A stretch of DNA of 64,000 nt, taken from positions 7,123 to 71,122 of the forward strand of contig CAXTEL010000008.1 in NCBI GenBank assembly GCA_964243365.1, in the 5' to 3' direction. The position numbers and the translations under genes are program-made. The DNA is from an uncultured Roseomonas sp. (GTDB lineage: Bacteria > Pseudomonadota > Alphaproteobacteria > Acetobacterales > Acetobacteraceae). The notes beneath the pieces were generated by a model, which did no database searches, was not told the DNA's origin, and saw nothing but the letters and a program-made list of their open reading frames with translations. How positions within the stretch are numbered: the first letter of the stretch is position 1; each line of letters starts with the position of its first letter. This document shows, piece by piece, positions 1 through 9,136 of the stretch.

Positions 1-125
1 CGGGCCGCGGCGGGCGGTGCGAGCTCCGCGGCCGGGGGATCGGCCTGGGCCGCGACCGGGCGCGGCGGCCCGGGTGCCATCAGGAGCAGGAAGGCCAGGG
101 CGGCCAGCGCGAGCGCGCGCGTCAC
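1..125 (-). CDS. 5' end of an exported protein gene (partial, runs off the window)
   Basis: Minus-strand GTG at 125-123 overlaps the Nudix stop (GTGA). Translation VTRALALAALAFLLLMAPGPPRPVAAQA... looks like a signal peptide. Only about 41 codons are visible. Confidence 0.45.
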   Translation of the reverse strand, partial: MTRALALAALAFLLLMAPGPPRPVAAQADPPAAELAPPAAA

Positions 126-670
126 GACGCGTCGCCCTCGATGCCGCGGATGCCGCGGGGGTCCTCCGCCGGGTTCAGGACGGCGGCCGGGAGGGTCGCA
201 TCACGCGACTGCCGCCAGCTCCGCAACGCCCAGTGCACGGACGGGAAGGCAAGATCGTCCCAAGGGATGTCCTCCCAGGCGAAGCGGCGCACCTCCAGGC
301 TCTCGGGGCCGACCGCGAATCCGGGCTCGGCCAGCCGGGCGCGGAAGATGATCTGCACCTGCCCGATTCGGGCGATGGAGTAGACCGCCAGCACGCCGTC
401 CACGGCGATGCGGGCGCGCGCTTCCTCCCAGGCTTCCCGGGCCGCACCCTCGGCGGCGGTTTCGCCGAGCTCCATGTAGCCGGCGGGGAGGGTCCAATGG
501 TTGGCGCGCGGCTCGATGGCCCGGCGACAGAGCAATACGCCGTCGCCGAGGTCCACGACGGAACCGACGACGATCTTGGGATTCTCGTAGGAGATGAACC
601 CGCAGTCGCGGCAGGTCAGGCGCTCGTGCTCGTCGCCCTCGTGCCTGACGCGCTCGAACCGACCGGCCAT
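122..670 (-). CDS. NUDIX hydrolase
   Basis: 182 aa. Nudix box GYMELGETAAEGAAREAWEEARA fits GX5EX7REUXEEXGU. N-terminal CxxC (CRDCGF). Confidence 0.85.
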   Translation of the reverse strand: MAGRFERVRHEGDEHERLTCRDCGFISYENPKIVVGSVVDLGDGVLLCRRAIEPRANHWTLPAGYMELGETAAEGAAREAWEEARARIAVDGVLAVYSIARIGQVQIIFRARLAEPGFAVGPESLEVRRFAWEDIPWDDLAFPSVHWALRSWRQSRDATLPAAVLNPAEDPRGIRGIEGDAS

Positions 671-749
671 GCCGGGAGAGTGCTCAACGGCGACGCCGCA
701 CGCAAGGGCGCCCGGAGGCCCGCCAACGGCGGTACCGGCTCTGGCGTCG

Positions 750-950
750 TCAGACCCGCATGTCGAGCAACAGGCCGCGCTGCGGGTTCGCGGTGGCCGG
801 TGCCGGCGGCACGCTGTCGAGCCGGCGCTCCGCCACCCGGGTGGCCTCGGAGCCGCGCGGCGCGGATTCGCGGATCGGCGCGACGCTGCCCACGCTCCCC
901 GCGCGGCTCACGTCCTGGGTGAAAGCGGCGAGGGAGTTGAGTGCGATCAT
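750..950 (-). CDS. Possible small protein (66 aa), function unknown
   Basis: ATG at 950 within the 93-aa track ORF. All but about 4 of 66 codons end in G/C and the composition is not Arg/Pro-dominated. No convincing SD at correct spacing. Confidence 0.3.
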   Translation of the reverse strand: MIALNSLAAFTQDVSRAGSVGSVAPIRESAPRGSEATRVAERRLDSVPPAPATANPQRGLLLDMRV

Positions 951-1100
951 GCGCAGTATGGTGGCCGAGAGCTCTGAATCCTTCCTTAAGCGGCGGGGAA
1001 GGACCGGGCGGACGGGGGCTGCGACACGCATGGCCGCTTCGTGCGCCCGGGTGCCGTTAACACTCCAGCAACCTGTGGCTGCAATTGGGGCCCGACGACC

Positions 1101-2117
1101 TCAATCGATGCCGTGGAACGTCCGAAACCAGCCCACGAACCGGCCCAAGCCCTCGTCGAGCGGCGTGCGCGGGGCGAAGTCCGCCGCGGCGCGCAGGGCG
1201 GATACGTCGGCCCAGGTCCGCACCACGTCGCCCGGTTGCATCGGCACCTCGCGGCGCAGCGCCCGGCGGCCGGTGTGGCTTTCCAGGATGTCCAGCACCT
1301 CGCCCACCGCGACGGGAGTGTGGTTGCCCACGTTGAAGATCCTGTGCGGCACTTCCGGCACCGGGCGGCCCGGCTCGTCGGGTGCCGCCGGCGGGCGGCA
1401 CAGCAGGCGGGCGACGGCCTCCACCACCTCGTCCACGTAGGTGAAGTCGCGCCACACCCGGCCGTGGTTGAAGACCCGTATCTCGCGGCCGGCGAACAGG
1501 TCCCGGGTGAAGGTCCAGTAGGCCATGTCCGGGCGGCCCCACGGCCCGTACACCGTGAAGAAGCGCAAGCCCGTCAGCTTCAGGCCGAACAGGTGGGCGT
1601 AGGAATGTGCCATCAGTTCGTTGGCGCGCTTGGTGGCGGCGTAGAGCGAGGAAGGGCGGTCCACCGGGTCGTCCTCGCGGAAGGGTACCCGGGTGCTGGT
1701 GCCGTACACCGAGGACGACGACGCGTAGGCGAGGTGCCGCACGGGGTAGGCGCGCGCCGCTTCCAGCACCTCTAGGAAGCCGTCGAGGTTGGCGCGACTG
1801 TAGTCGCGCGGCGCGCTCAGGGAATGCCGCACGCCGGCCTGGGCGGCGAGGTGGACGACGGCGTCGGGGGCGAACGCGCGCCACGCCCCGGCCAGGGCGC
1901 CTGGCTCGGCGACGTCCACCTCGGCGAAGGCGAAGGCCGGATGATCCAGCAGCGCCGCCCGGCGGGCCCGCTTGAGCGCCGGGTCGTAGTAGCCGTTCAG
2001 GCTGTCCAGCCCGAGCACCCGCGCGCCGTCGGCGAGCAAGCGGCGCGCGAGATGCGCCCCCACGAACCCCGACGCGCCGGTGACCAGCACGCGCGCCCCG
2101 CGCAGGTCGTCGGTCAC
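1101..2117 (-). CDS. NAD-dependent sugar-nucleotide epimerase/dehydratase (UDP-glucuronate 4-epimerase-like)
   Basis: 338 aa. Rossmann motif VLVTGASGFVGAHL and catalytic YAATK (YxxxK). Typical extended-SDR length. Confidence 0.85.
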   Translation of the reverse strand: MTDDLRGARVLVTGASGFVGAHLARRLLADGARVLGLDSLNGYYDPALKRARRAALLDHPAFAFAEVDVAEPGALAGAWRAFAPDAVVHLAAQAGVRHSLSAPRDYSRANLDGFLEVLEAARAYPVRHLAYASSSSVYGTSTRVPFREDDPVDRPSSLYAATKRANELMAHSYAHLFGLKLTGLRFFTVYGPWGRPDMAYWTFTRDLFAGREIRVFNHGRVWRDFTYVDEVVEAVARLLCRPPAAPDEPGRPVPEVPHRIFNVGNHTPVAVGEVLDILESHTGRRALRREVPMQPGDVVRTWADVSALRAAADFAPRTPLDEGLGRFVGWFRTFHGID

Positions 2118-2478
2118 GCGGGCCCTCCCGCCGGTCCAGCAGCGCGCATGATCCCTCCGCGGCGTGTCCCGGCCTGCCTACGGCGGCCGGCCCGGGCGCG
2201 CCAGCGAAACGGGAGGGGAACGCGCGCCGTGCCCCTGTACCAGGGTGCCGGCCAGCGCGGGTATGACCATCCGGCCCTCGGCGCGAGCGGGGCGAATGCC
2301 GGCGCGGGAAGGCGCCGGCCGGTCGGGTCCGGCGCCGGCGCCGCTCGCCGCGGCGAGCGCGAACGCGGTCTCACATAGCCGTGAAACGCCGTCGGCATTA
2401 AGAGAGCGGCAATTTTCCGGTTCTCATAACCTCTGGGACCGCGGTGCTCCGCGCCGCTCGAGACGGGGGAAGAATTCC

Positions 2479-3270
2479 ATGCCCAGTGAACCGACGACTT
2501 GGCAGCCCATGTTCCTGACGCACCCGGCGGCGTTCCTGCGGATCATGCGGCAGCCGGCACTGGCCGGTCGGATGCGGGCCTGGCCGAGTTTCCGGGACAT
2601 GCTGGTGGGAGAGGCCCTGCGGCACGGACGGCGGGCCGACCCGGAAGCGATGGGAGCGCTGCGCGAACTCTATGCTTTCGGCCTGAACAACGGGTTACCG
2701 GTGCGGGAGCGGCTGGAAGCAGCGGCGGCACTGCGCGAGCACCTGGGTGATCGCGCGGACGGCGGTCGCGCCTGGGATCCTTTCCTGCTCTGCGATCCGG
2801 CGGCCGAGGTGGCGCTGATCGCCGCGGAAGGCCGGCTGGAAAGCGATCCCGCCGGCGCCGCGGTCCTGCGCGCGATGATCGAGGAGCGCGCCTGCCCGTC
2901 GCGCGGCGCGGCGCTGGCGGCGCTGCTGCGCCGCGACCTGCCCGAGCTGTTCGCGCTGGCCGGACCGCTGCGGCACGCCCTGGACTCGCGGGAGGTGGCG
3001 GACGCCCTGCGCTGCTGCGACGAGGCGCTGCCGCCGGTGTCCCAGGCGTTCCTGGCGGACTGGCTTGACTCCCTCGACGCCGCCGAGGAGCCGGAACTCT
3101 CCGACCTGCTCGCCCAGGGCATCACGCGCCAGCGCGCGCCCCGCCCGGACATCCGTCGCATCGCCGACCACTTCCTGCCCGGGGACGCTTCGGCGCGGCC
3201 GATCCTGCGCCCGGCCACGCCCGTAGCCGCGCGCCGTCGCGCGTCGCGCGGGGCCGACCTTCCGATCTGA
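2479..3270 (+). CDS. Hypothetical protein (helical, Ala/Leu-rich)
   Basis: ATG at 2479 preceded by GGGGGAAG. The upstream part of the 368-aa track ORF is Arg/Pro/Gly junk. No motif recognised. Confidence 0.5.
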   Translation: MPSEPTTWQPMFLTHPAAFLRIMRQPALAGRMRAWPSFRDMLVGEALRHGRRADPEAMGALRELYAFGLNNGLPVRERLEAAAALREHLGDRADGGRAWDPFLLCDPAAEVALIAAEGRLESDPAGAAVLRAMIEERACPSRGAALAALLRRDLPELFALAGPLRHALDSREVADALRCCDEALPPVSQAFLADWLDSLDAAEEPELSDLLAQGITRQRAPRPDIRRIADHFLPGDASARPILRPATPVAARRRASRGADLPI

Positions 3271-3486
3271 GACCCCGTCCGGCGTCGGGCGGCCAGCGCG
3301 CGAGGAGGCGCGGTCGCCGGGTCGTGACGGCGGGGCTTGCGCGATGGTGAAGGCCCGGTGGCTTGATGCCGGGGCCGGCAGCCGGCCAGGATCGGACGGC
3401 GCATCACCGGACCGAGATCATGCCCACCGCGATTCGACCGACACGCCCCGCGCCCCGCCCGGTTCGCATCCAACGGCCCGGGCTTT

Positions 3487-3511
3487 CGCGCTTGAGGCCC
3501 CGCGCTTGAGG
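3487..3511 (+). repeat. Perfect 11-bp direct repeat CGCGCTTGAGG x2 (3487-3497 and 3501-3511)
   Basis: Read directly. The GAGG of copy 1 sits 8 nt upstream of the TTG (3506) in copy 2, the likely start of the first operon gene. Confidence 0.8.
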
Positions 3512-4699
3512 ATCGTGGTCTTCGGGCTCGCCGTGAGTTCGTCGTGGGGCAACGGGCACGCGGCGTTGTGGCGGGCGCTCATCTCGGCCCTGCTGGCGGA
3601 CGGGCACCGCGTCAGCTTCTTCGAGCGCGACGTGGACTACTACGCCGAGAACCGGGACCTGCACGCGCTGCCCGAGGGTGGCGAGCTGGTGCTCTACGCC
3701 GACTGGGCGTCGGCGCTTCCGCGCGCCCGGCGGGCGCTGGCCGAGGCCGACGCGGGGATCGTGACCTCCTACTGCCCGGACGCGCTGGACGCGACCGCGC
3801 TGCTGGAGGACAGCCGCGCGGTGCGCTGCTTCTACGACCTCGACACGCCGGTGACGCTGGCGCGGCTCGCGGCCGGCGAGGCCGTGGACTACGTGGGGCC
3901 GGGCGGGCTGGGCGGCTTCGACATCGTGCTGAGCTACACCGGCGGCGCGGCGCTCGATGCCCTGCGCGACCGCCTGGGCGCCCGCCGGGTGGCGCCGCTG
4001 TACGGCTCGGTGGACCCGGCGCTGCACGGGCCCGGCCGCGCGTCGTCACGCCTCGGCGCGGCGCTGAGCTACATGGGCACCTACGCGGCCGACCGGCAGG
4101 CGATGCTGGAGCGGCTGTTCGTGGAGCCGGCGCGGCGGCGTCCCGACGCGCGCTTCGTCATCGGCGGGGCCCAGTATCCCGCGGGCTTTCCCTGGACGGC
4201 GAACACCTTCTTCGTGCGCCACTTGCCGCCCGCCGAGCACGCAGAGTTCTACGCATCCTCCCGCCTGACGCTGAACGTGACGCGCGAGGCCATGGCGCGC
4301 TCGGGCTGGTGCCCGTCGGGCCGGCTGTTCGAGGCCGCGTCCTGCGGTGCGCCGATCCTGACGGACTGGTGGGACGGGCTGGACGGCTTCTTCGAGCCGG
4401 GGCGCGAGATCCTGGTGGCGCGCGGCACCGAGGACGCGCTGACGGCGCTTGACCTGTCCGACGAGGCGCTGGGCGCGATCGCCCGTCGGGCGCGGGAACG
4501 GACGCTCGCGGAGCACACGGCGGGGCGCCGGGCGCGCCAGCTCGTGGCGGCGCTGGAGGACGCGGCCGGGCCCGCCGCCGTCGCGTTCCCCGGTCCTGCC
4601 CGGACGGAGGCGGCCCGGGCGGAGGCGTCGGAGGATGCGGCGTTCCGGCCGGCGGCGTTCCGGTCGGCGGCGTGCCCACCGGTCGGCGCGCGGGGCTGA
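3506..4699 (+). CDS. CgeB-like glycosyltransferase (GT-B fold, Glyco_trans_1_2-type C-terminus)
   Basis: Starts LRIVVFGLAVSSSWGNGHA as GT-B enzymes do. C-terminal LNVTREAMARSGWCPSGRLFEAASCGAPILTD resembles CgeB-family proteins. TTG 3506 has an SD (GAGG). The ATG at 3344 is an alternative start but adds 54 disordered residues. Confidence 0.65.
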   Translation: MRIVVFGLAVSSSWGNGHAALWRALISALLADGHRVSFFERDVDYYAENRDLHALPEGGELVLYADWASALPRARRALAEADAGIVTSYCPDALDATALLEDSRAVRCFYDLDTPVTLARLAAGEAVDYVGPGGLGGFDIVLSYTGGAALDALRDRLGARRVAPLYGSVDPALHGPGRASSRLGAALSYMGTYAADRQAMLERLFVEPARRRPDARFVIGGAQYPAGFPWTANTFFVRHLPPAEHAEFYASSRLTLNVTREAMARSGWCPSGRLFEAASCGAPILTDWWDGLDGFFEPGREILVARGTEDALTALDLSDEALGAIARRARERTLAEHTAGRRARQLVAALEDAAGPAAVAFPGPARTEAARAEASEDAAFRPAAFRSAACPPVGARG

Positions 4700-4709
4700 G
4701 CGGCAGGCC

Positions 4710-5474
4710 ATGTGGGGCATCGTGCCGGCGGCGGGGCAGGGGACGCGCATCCAGCCGCTCGCCTTCTCTAAGGAGCTGTTGCCGGTGGGCAGCCGGGTGG
4801 ACGCCGAAGGGATCGAGCGGCCGCGCGCGGTGAGCGAGTTCCTGGTGGAACGCATGGTGCTCGGGGGCGCGACGCGGATCCTGTTCGTGATCTCGCCGCT
4901 GAAATCCGACATCCTGCGCTACTACGGCGGCTGCTACGGGGCGGCGAGCGTGGCCTACGCCGTGCAGGAGCGCGCGGCCGGGTTGTGCGACGCGATCTTC
5001 CGCGCCGTGCCCTTCGTGCGCGCCGACGAGCCGGTGATCGTGGGGCTGCCGGACACGGTGTGGTTCCCGGCCGACGCGCTGCGGCGCCTGCCTGACGACC
5101 GGCTGTCGTTCCTGCTGTTCCCGGTGTCGCGGCCCGACCTGTTCGACGCGGTGGACACCGACGCGGGCGGCCGGGTGCGGGAGGTGCAGGTCAAGCGACC
5201 CGACCCGAGCACGCGCTGGGTATGGGGCGCCTTCAAGATGCCGGGCGCCACGCTGCACGCGCTGCACGCGCTGTGGGAAGCGCGCGACCGGCGGGACGAG
5301 TACATCGGGACGCTGGTGAACGCCTGGATCGACCGCGGCGGGGCGGCCTGGGGGGTGCGGGGCGGCGAGAGCTACGTGGACGTGGGCACGCTCAACGGCT
5401 ACCGCGAGGCGACGCAGCTGCTCGGCGGCGCGGCCGACGCCGTGCCGGGGGCGATGGCCGGGAGGATGACATGA
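4710..5474 (+). CDS. Sugar-phosphate nucleotidyltransferase (NDP-sugar pyrophosphorylase family)
   Basis: MWGIVPAAGQGTRIQPLAFSKELLPVG matches the GxGTRxxPxxxxxxKxLxPV signature. ATG at 4710, 10 nt after the previous stop. Confidence 0.8.
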   Translation: MWGIVPAAGQGTRIQPLAFSKELLPVGSRVDAEGIERPRAVSEFLVERMVLGGATRILFVISPLKSDILRYYGGCYGAASVAYAVQERAAGLCDAIFRAVPFVRADEPVIVGLPDTVWFPADALRRLPDDRLSFLLFPVSRPDLFDAVDTDAGGRVREVQVKRPDPSTRWVWGAFKMPGATLHALHALWEARDRRDEYIGTLVNAWIDRGGAAWGVRGGESYVDVGTLNGYREATQLLGGAADAVPGAMAGRMT

Positions 5475-6352
5475 GCGCCGCCGTGACCTGGACGCCCGAG
5501 CGCATCGCCGCGCGCGCGGCGGAGCTGGGGCCGTGGTTCCACAACCTCGACCTGCGCGGCGTGCGCACCGCACCGCACCACTTCCTGTTCGATTATCCGG
5601 CGACGAAGTTCCGCGACTTCGCGCACGTGCTGCCAGCGGACCTGTCGGGCCGGACGGTGCTCGACATCGGCTGCAACGGCGGCTTCTACAGCATGGAGAT
5701 GAAGCGCCGGGGTGCGGCGCGCGTGCTGGGGGTAGACCACGACGCACGCTACCTCGAGCAGGCGCGCTTCGCGGCCGCCGTGGAAGGGCTGGAGATCGAG
5801 TTCCGCCAGCTATCGGTGTACGACGTGGCCAGTTTGGGCGAGCGCTTCGACCTCGTGGTATTCATGGGCGTGCTGTACCACCTGCGCCATCCGCTGCTGG
5901 CGCTGGACCTGATCCGCGAGCACGTCGCGGGCGACCTGCTGTTGTTCCAGTCGATGCAGCGCGGCAACGCCGAGATCGCGCCCGTGGCGCCCGACTACGA
6001 CTTCTTCGACGCGGCTGCGTTCGCGGCCGAGGGTTGGCCGCGGCTGCACTTCGTCGAGCACGCCTTCTCGGGCGACCACACGAACTGGTGGGTGCCCAAC
6101 CGCGCCGCCTCGGCGGCGATGCTGCGCGCGGCCGGCTTCGCGATCGAGGCCAACCCGGAGCCGGAGGTGTTCCTGTGCCGCCGCGCCGGGCGGGCGGACG
6201 AGTTCTACGGCGCCGTCTACCCGTCGCGCGGGGCGCACGACGCCGACGCGCGAGACTTGGTGCCGCGCCCCGACGGCCCGGCCCCGGTTGACGCGACCCC
6301 GGACGACTCGACTCCGGACGGCCCTTTCCCCAGAGGAGCGAACGCGGCGTGA
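5471..6352 (+). CDS. Class I SAM-dependent methyltransferase (CmoB-like)
   Basis: ATGA overlap with the previous stop. Motif I VLDIGCNGGFYS, then VLGVDHD and VVFMGVLYHLRHP. Disordered Pro/Asp-rich C-terminal tail. Confidence 0.8.
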   Translation: MSAAVTWTPERIAARAAELGPWFHNLDLRGVRTAPHHFLFDYPATKFRDFAHVLPADLSGRTVLDIGCNGGFYSMEMKRRGAARVLGVDHDARYLEQARFAAAVEGLEIEFRQLSVYDVASLGERFDLVVFMGVLYHLRHPLLALDLIREHVAGDLLLFQSMQRGNAEIAPVAPDYDFFDAAAFAAEGWPRLHFVEHAFSGDHTNWWVPNRAASAAMLRAAGFAIEANPEPEVFLCRRAGRADEFYGAVYPSRGAHDADARDLVPRPDGPAPVDATPDDSTPDGPFPRGANAA

Positions 6353-7266
6353 TCGAGGCTGCGATGATTTGGAACGAGCCCAATAACAAGTCGCACTGGG
6401 ACTTCGAAGGGGCCGACCCAGGCTGGCGGATCTTCGGCGACACGGTGCGGCTCGCGGCCCAGGCGATCGCGGCGGAAGCGCCGGGCCTGCCGCGCGTGCT
6501 GGGCGGCATGTCGCCGATCGACCCGGATTTCCTCCGCGTGCTCGAGGGCCACGGGGCAATGGCGCACATCGACGCGGTGGCGGTGCACGGCTTCCCGCTG
6601 GACTGGAACCACTGGCCGCTGAGCGACTGGCCGGCCAAGCTCGAGCTGATCCGCACCGTCACGGCGAAGCCGATCTGGGTGTCGGAGGTCGGCGTCTCGA
6701 CCTTCGGTGCGGAGGAGGTGCAGGAGTTCGGGCTGCGGCGGACTTTCGAGCTGCTGCGCGGGCGGGCGCCGCGGATACACTGGTACAGCTTGTACGACCT
6801 GCCCGCCGCCTGGGAGGCGACCACCCGGCACAAGGAGGCGGAGGGCTCCTCCTATTACCGTCACTTCCACATGGGGCTGTTCGACGAGCGCGGTACGCCC
6901 AAGCTGGCCGCCCGGGTGTTCCGGGACTGCGCGCCCGAGTTCGGCATCTGCCAATGGTTCCACTACGAGGACCACCGGTTGGACGACGCGGTGCGCGAGC
7001 TGCGCGAGCTGGGCGTCACCCACCTGCGGACCGGGCTGAGCTGGGCCGACTGGCTGCGCCCGGGGGCGGAGCGCTGGTTCGACCGGCAGATGCGCGCCCT
7101 GGAAGGCTTCGACGTCACGGTGACCTTCTGCTTCACCCCTGAATCCGAGGGCGTCTGGCCGCACCACACCTCGCCGCCCAGGCATCCGGAGGCCTTCGCG
7201 GAGTTCTGCGCCACCATGCTGCGACGCTACGCGCCCGGCCGGGTGAGCGCCGGGGTGGCGGCCTGA
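6349..7266 (+). CDS. Clan GH-A (TIM-barrel) glycoside hydrolase, beta-xylosidase/GH39-like
   Basis: GTGA overlap. IWNEPN acid/base motif and IWVSEVG nucleophile motif at typical spacing. Confidence 0.7.
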   Translation: MIEAAMIWNEPNNKSHWDFEGADPGWRIFGDTVRLAAQAIAAEAPGLPRVLGGMSPIDPDFLRVLEGHGAMAHIDAVAVHGFPLDWNHWPLSDWPAKLELIRTVTAKPIWVSEVGVSTFGAEEVQEFGLRRTFELLRGRAPRIHWYSLYDLPAAWEATTRHKEAEGSSYYRHFHMGLFDERGTPKLAARVFRDCAPEFGICQWFHYEDHRLDDAVRELRELGVTHLRTGLSWADWLRPGAERWFDRQMRALEGFDVTVTFCFTPESEGVWPHHTSPPRHPEAFAEFCATMLRRYAPGRVSAGVAA

Positions 7267-7295
7267 CACCTGATCCGGGGACGGCTGACCTCGGC

Positions 7296-8081
7296 GTGCG
7301 GCTGCTGCGTCGGGAAGCGGTGGGGGAAGCGGTCGCTGCGGTGGTGGCGCACCCCGACGACGAGACCATCGGCCTGGGCGCGTTGCTGCCGTTGTTCGGG
7401 AACTTGCTGTTGGTGCACGTCACCGACGGTGCCCCCCGGGACGGCGCCGACGCGCGATCGGCGGGATGCGGCGACCCGGCGGAATACGCCGCGACTCGGG
7501 AGCGGGAGCTGGCCGCGGCCCTGGCGACGGGCGGCGTCCGGGCGTCGCGCGCCTCGCTGGGCGCGGCGGACCAGGGCGCTTCCGCTGATATGGCGGCGCT
7601 CGCGGAGGGGATCGCCGCGCGGCTGGAGCGGCACGGGACGCGGCTGGTACTGACCCACCCCTACGAGGGTGGTCACCCCGATCACGACGCGGCGGCGTGG
7701 TGCGTCGCGGCCGCCGTGGTCTTGCTGGCGCGGCGCGGCGCGGCGCCGGCGGTGTGGGAGATGGCCTGCTACCACGCCGGGCCGGACGGCTGGGCGGTGG
7801 GGCGGTTCCTGCCAAGCGGCCCACCTCCGACGGTCGTCACCCTGGACGCGGGCGAGCGGGAGCGGAAGCGCGCGATGCTGCGGTGCTTCGCGACCCAGTC
7901 GACGACGCTGGCGCGGTTCCCGGTCGGGGCGGAAAGCGTCCGCCCGGCGCCCTTCCACAACTTCTCCGCGGCTCCGCACGCGGGAGCGCTGCTCTACGAG
8001 CGCTTTCCCTGGGGCATGGACGGGCCGCGCTGGCGGGGTTTCGCGGTGGAGGCGGGGCGGGCGCTCGGGTTGCCGCCTTGA
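7296..8081 (+). CDS. PIG-L family N-acetylglucosaminyl deacetylase
   Basis: VVAHPDDETIG and GGHPDHDAAA zinc-binding motifs. Confidence 0.85.
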   Translation: MRLLRREAVGEAVAAVVAHPDDETIGLGALLPLFGNLLLVHVTDGAPRDGADARSAGCGDPAEYAATRERELAAALATGGVRASRASLGAADQGASADMAALAEGIAARLERHGTRLVLTHPYEGGHPDHDAAAWCVAAAVVLLARRGAAPAVWEMACYHAGPDGWAVGRFLPSGPPPTVVTLDAGERERKRAMLRCFATQSTTLARFPVGAESVRPAPFHNFSAAPHAGALLYERFPWGMDGPRWRGFAVEAGRALGLPP

Positions 8082-9136
8082 GGGAACGGCCGCTCACCGT
8101 GCTGTCGGTCGCATACCCGCTCGCCCCCGTGGGGCCGGACGCGGTGGGCGGGGCCGAGCAGGTGCTGTCGGCGCTGGACCGGGCGCTGATGGCTGCCGGG
8201 CACCGCTCGATCGTGGTGGCGCGGGAGGATTCTGTGGTCGCGGGCGAGCTGCGCCCGGTGCCGCGCGCCGCCGGGCCGCTGGACGCGGCAGCGCAGGGGG
8301 CGGCGCGCGCGGCGACGGCGGCGGCGATCGCCGCCGCGTTGCGGGACGCGCCGGCGGACGCGGTGCACCTGCACGGGGTGGACTTCCACCATTACCTGCC
8401 GCCGCCCGGCCCGCCGGTGCTGGTGACGCTGCACCTGCCGCCGTCCTTCTACCCGCGCGGGGCGCTGCGGCCGTCGCGGCCCGGCACCTGGCTGCACGGG
8501 GTGTCGCGCGCGCAGCACGCGGCCCTGGAGGGGGTGGCGGCGCCGTTGCTCGCGCCGATCGGCAACGGCGTGCCGGTGGCGGCGCTGGGGTATGCCCGCC
8601 ACGCGCGTAGGGGCTTCGCCCTGTGCCTGGGGCGCATCTGCCCGGAGAAGGGCCAGCACCTCGCGCTCGACGCGGCGCGGGCGGCGGGGGTGGCGCTGCT
8701 GCTCGGCGGCGAGGTGTTCCCCTACCCCGAGCACCGCGACTACTTCGCGCGCGAGGTCGCGCCCCGACTCGACGGGCGGCGATGGCGCTTCCTCGGACCG
8801 CTCGGCTTCGCGCGCAAGCGGCGGCTGCTATCGGCCGCGCGCTGCCTGCTGGTGCCCAGCCTGGCGCCGGAAACCGCCTCGCTGGTGACGATGGAGGCTC
8901 TGGCGTGCGGCACGCCGGTAATCGCCTTCCCGGCAGGCGCGCTGCCGGAGGTGGTGGAGCACGGGCGCACCGGCTTCCTGGTGGCGGGCGTGGACGGCAT
9001 GGCCGCGGCCATCGCCCGCGCCGGCACGCTGGACCCGGATGCCTGCCGCGCCGCCGCGCGGGCGCGGTTCGACGTCGCGCGCGCCGCGGCCGAGTACCTG
9101 GCGCTGTATCGCCGGCTCGCGACGGTGCCGGCGTGA
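8078..9136 (+). CDS. Glycosyltransferase family 4 (GT-B)
   Basis: TTGA overlap with the PIG-L stop. C-terminal EX7E region ETASLVTMEALACGTPVIAF and RICPEKG. Confidence 0.85.
   Translation: MRERPLTVLSVAYPLAPVGPDAVGGAEQVLSALDRALMAAGHRSIVVAREDSVVAGELRPVPRAAGPLDAAAQGAARAATAAAIAAALRDAPADAVHLHGVDFHHYLPPPGPPVLVTLHLPPSFYPRGALRPSRPGTWLHGVSRAQHAALEGVAAPLLAPIGNGVPVAALGYARHARRGFALCLGRICPEKGQHLALDAARAAGVALLLGGEVFPYPEHRDYFAREVAPRLDGRRWRFLGPLGFARKRRLLSAARCLLVPSLAPETASLVTMEALACGTPVIAFPAGALPEVVEHGRTGFLVAGVDGMAAAIARAGTLDPDACRAAARARFDVARAAAEYLALYRRLATVPA

Noticed and set aside
17-922. 301-aa plus-strand ORF at the window start
   Set aside because: Arg/Pro/Gly-rich, antisense to the Nudix gene with its clear Nudix box.
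4158-5747. 529-aa minus-strand ORF across the GT, nucleotidyltransferase and methyltransferase genes
   Set aside because: Pro/Arg-rich composition, antisense to three motif-bearing genes.
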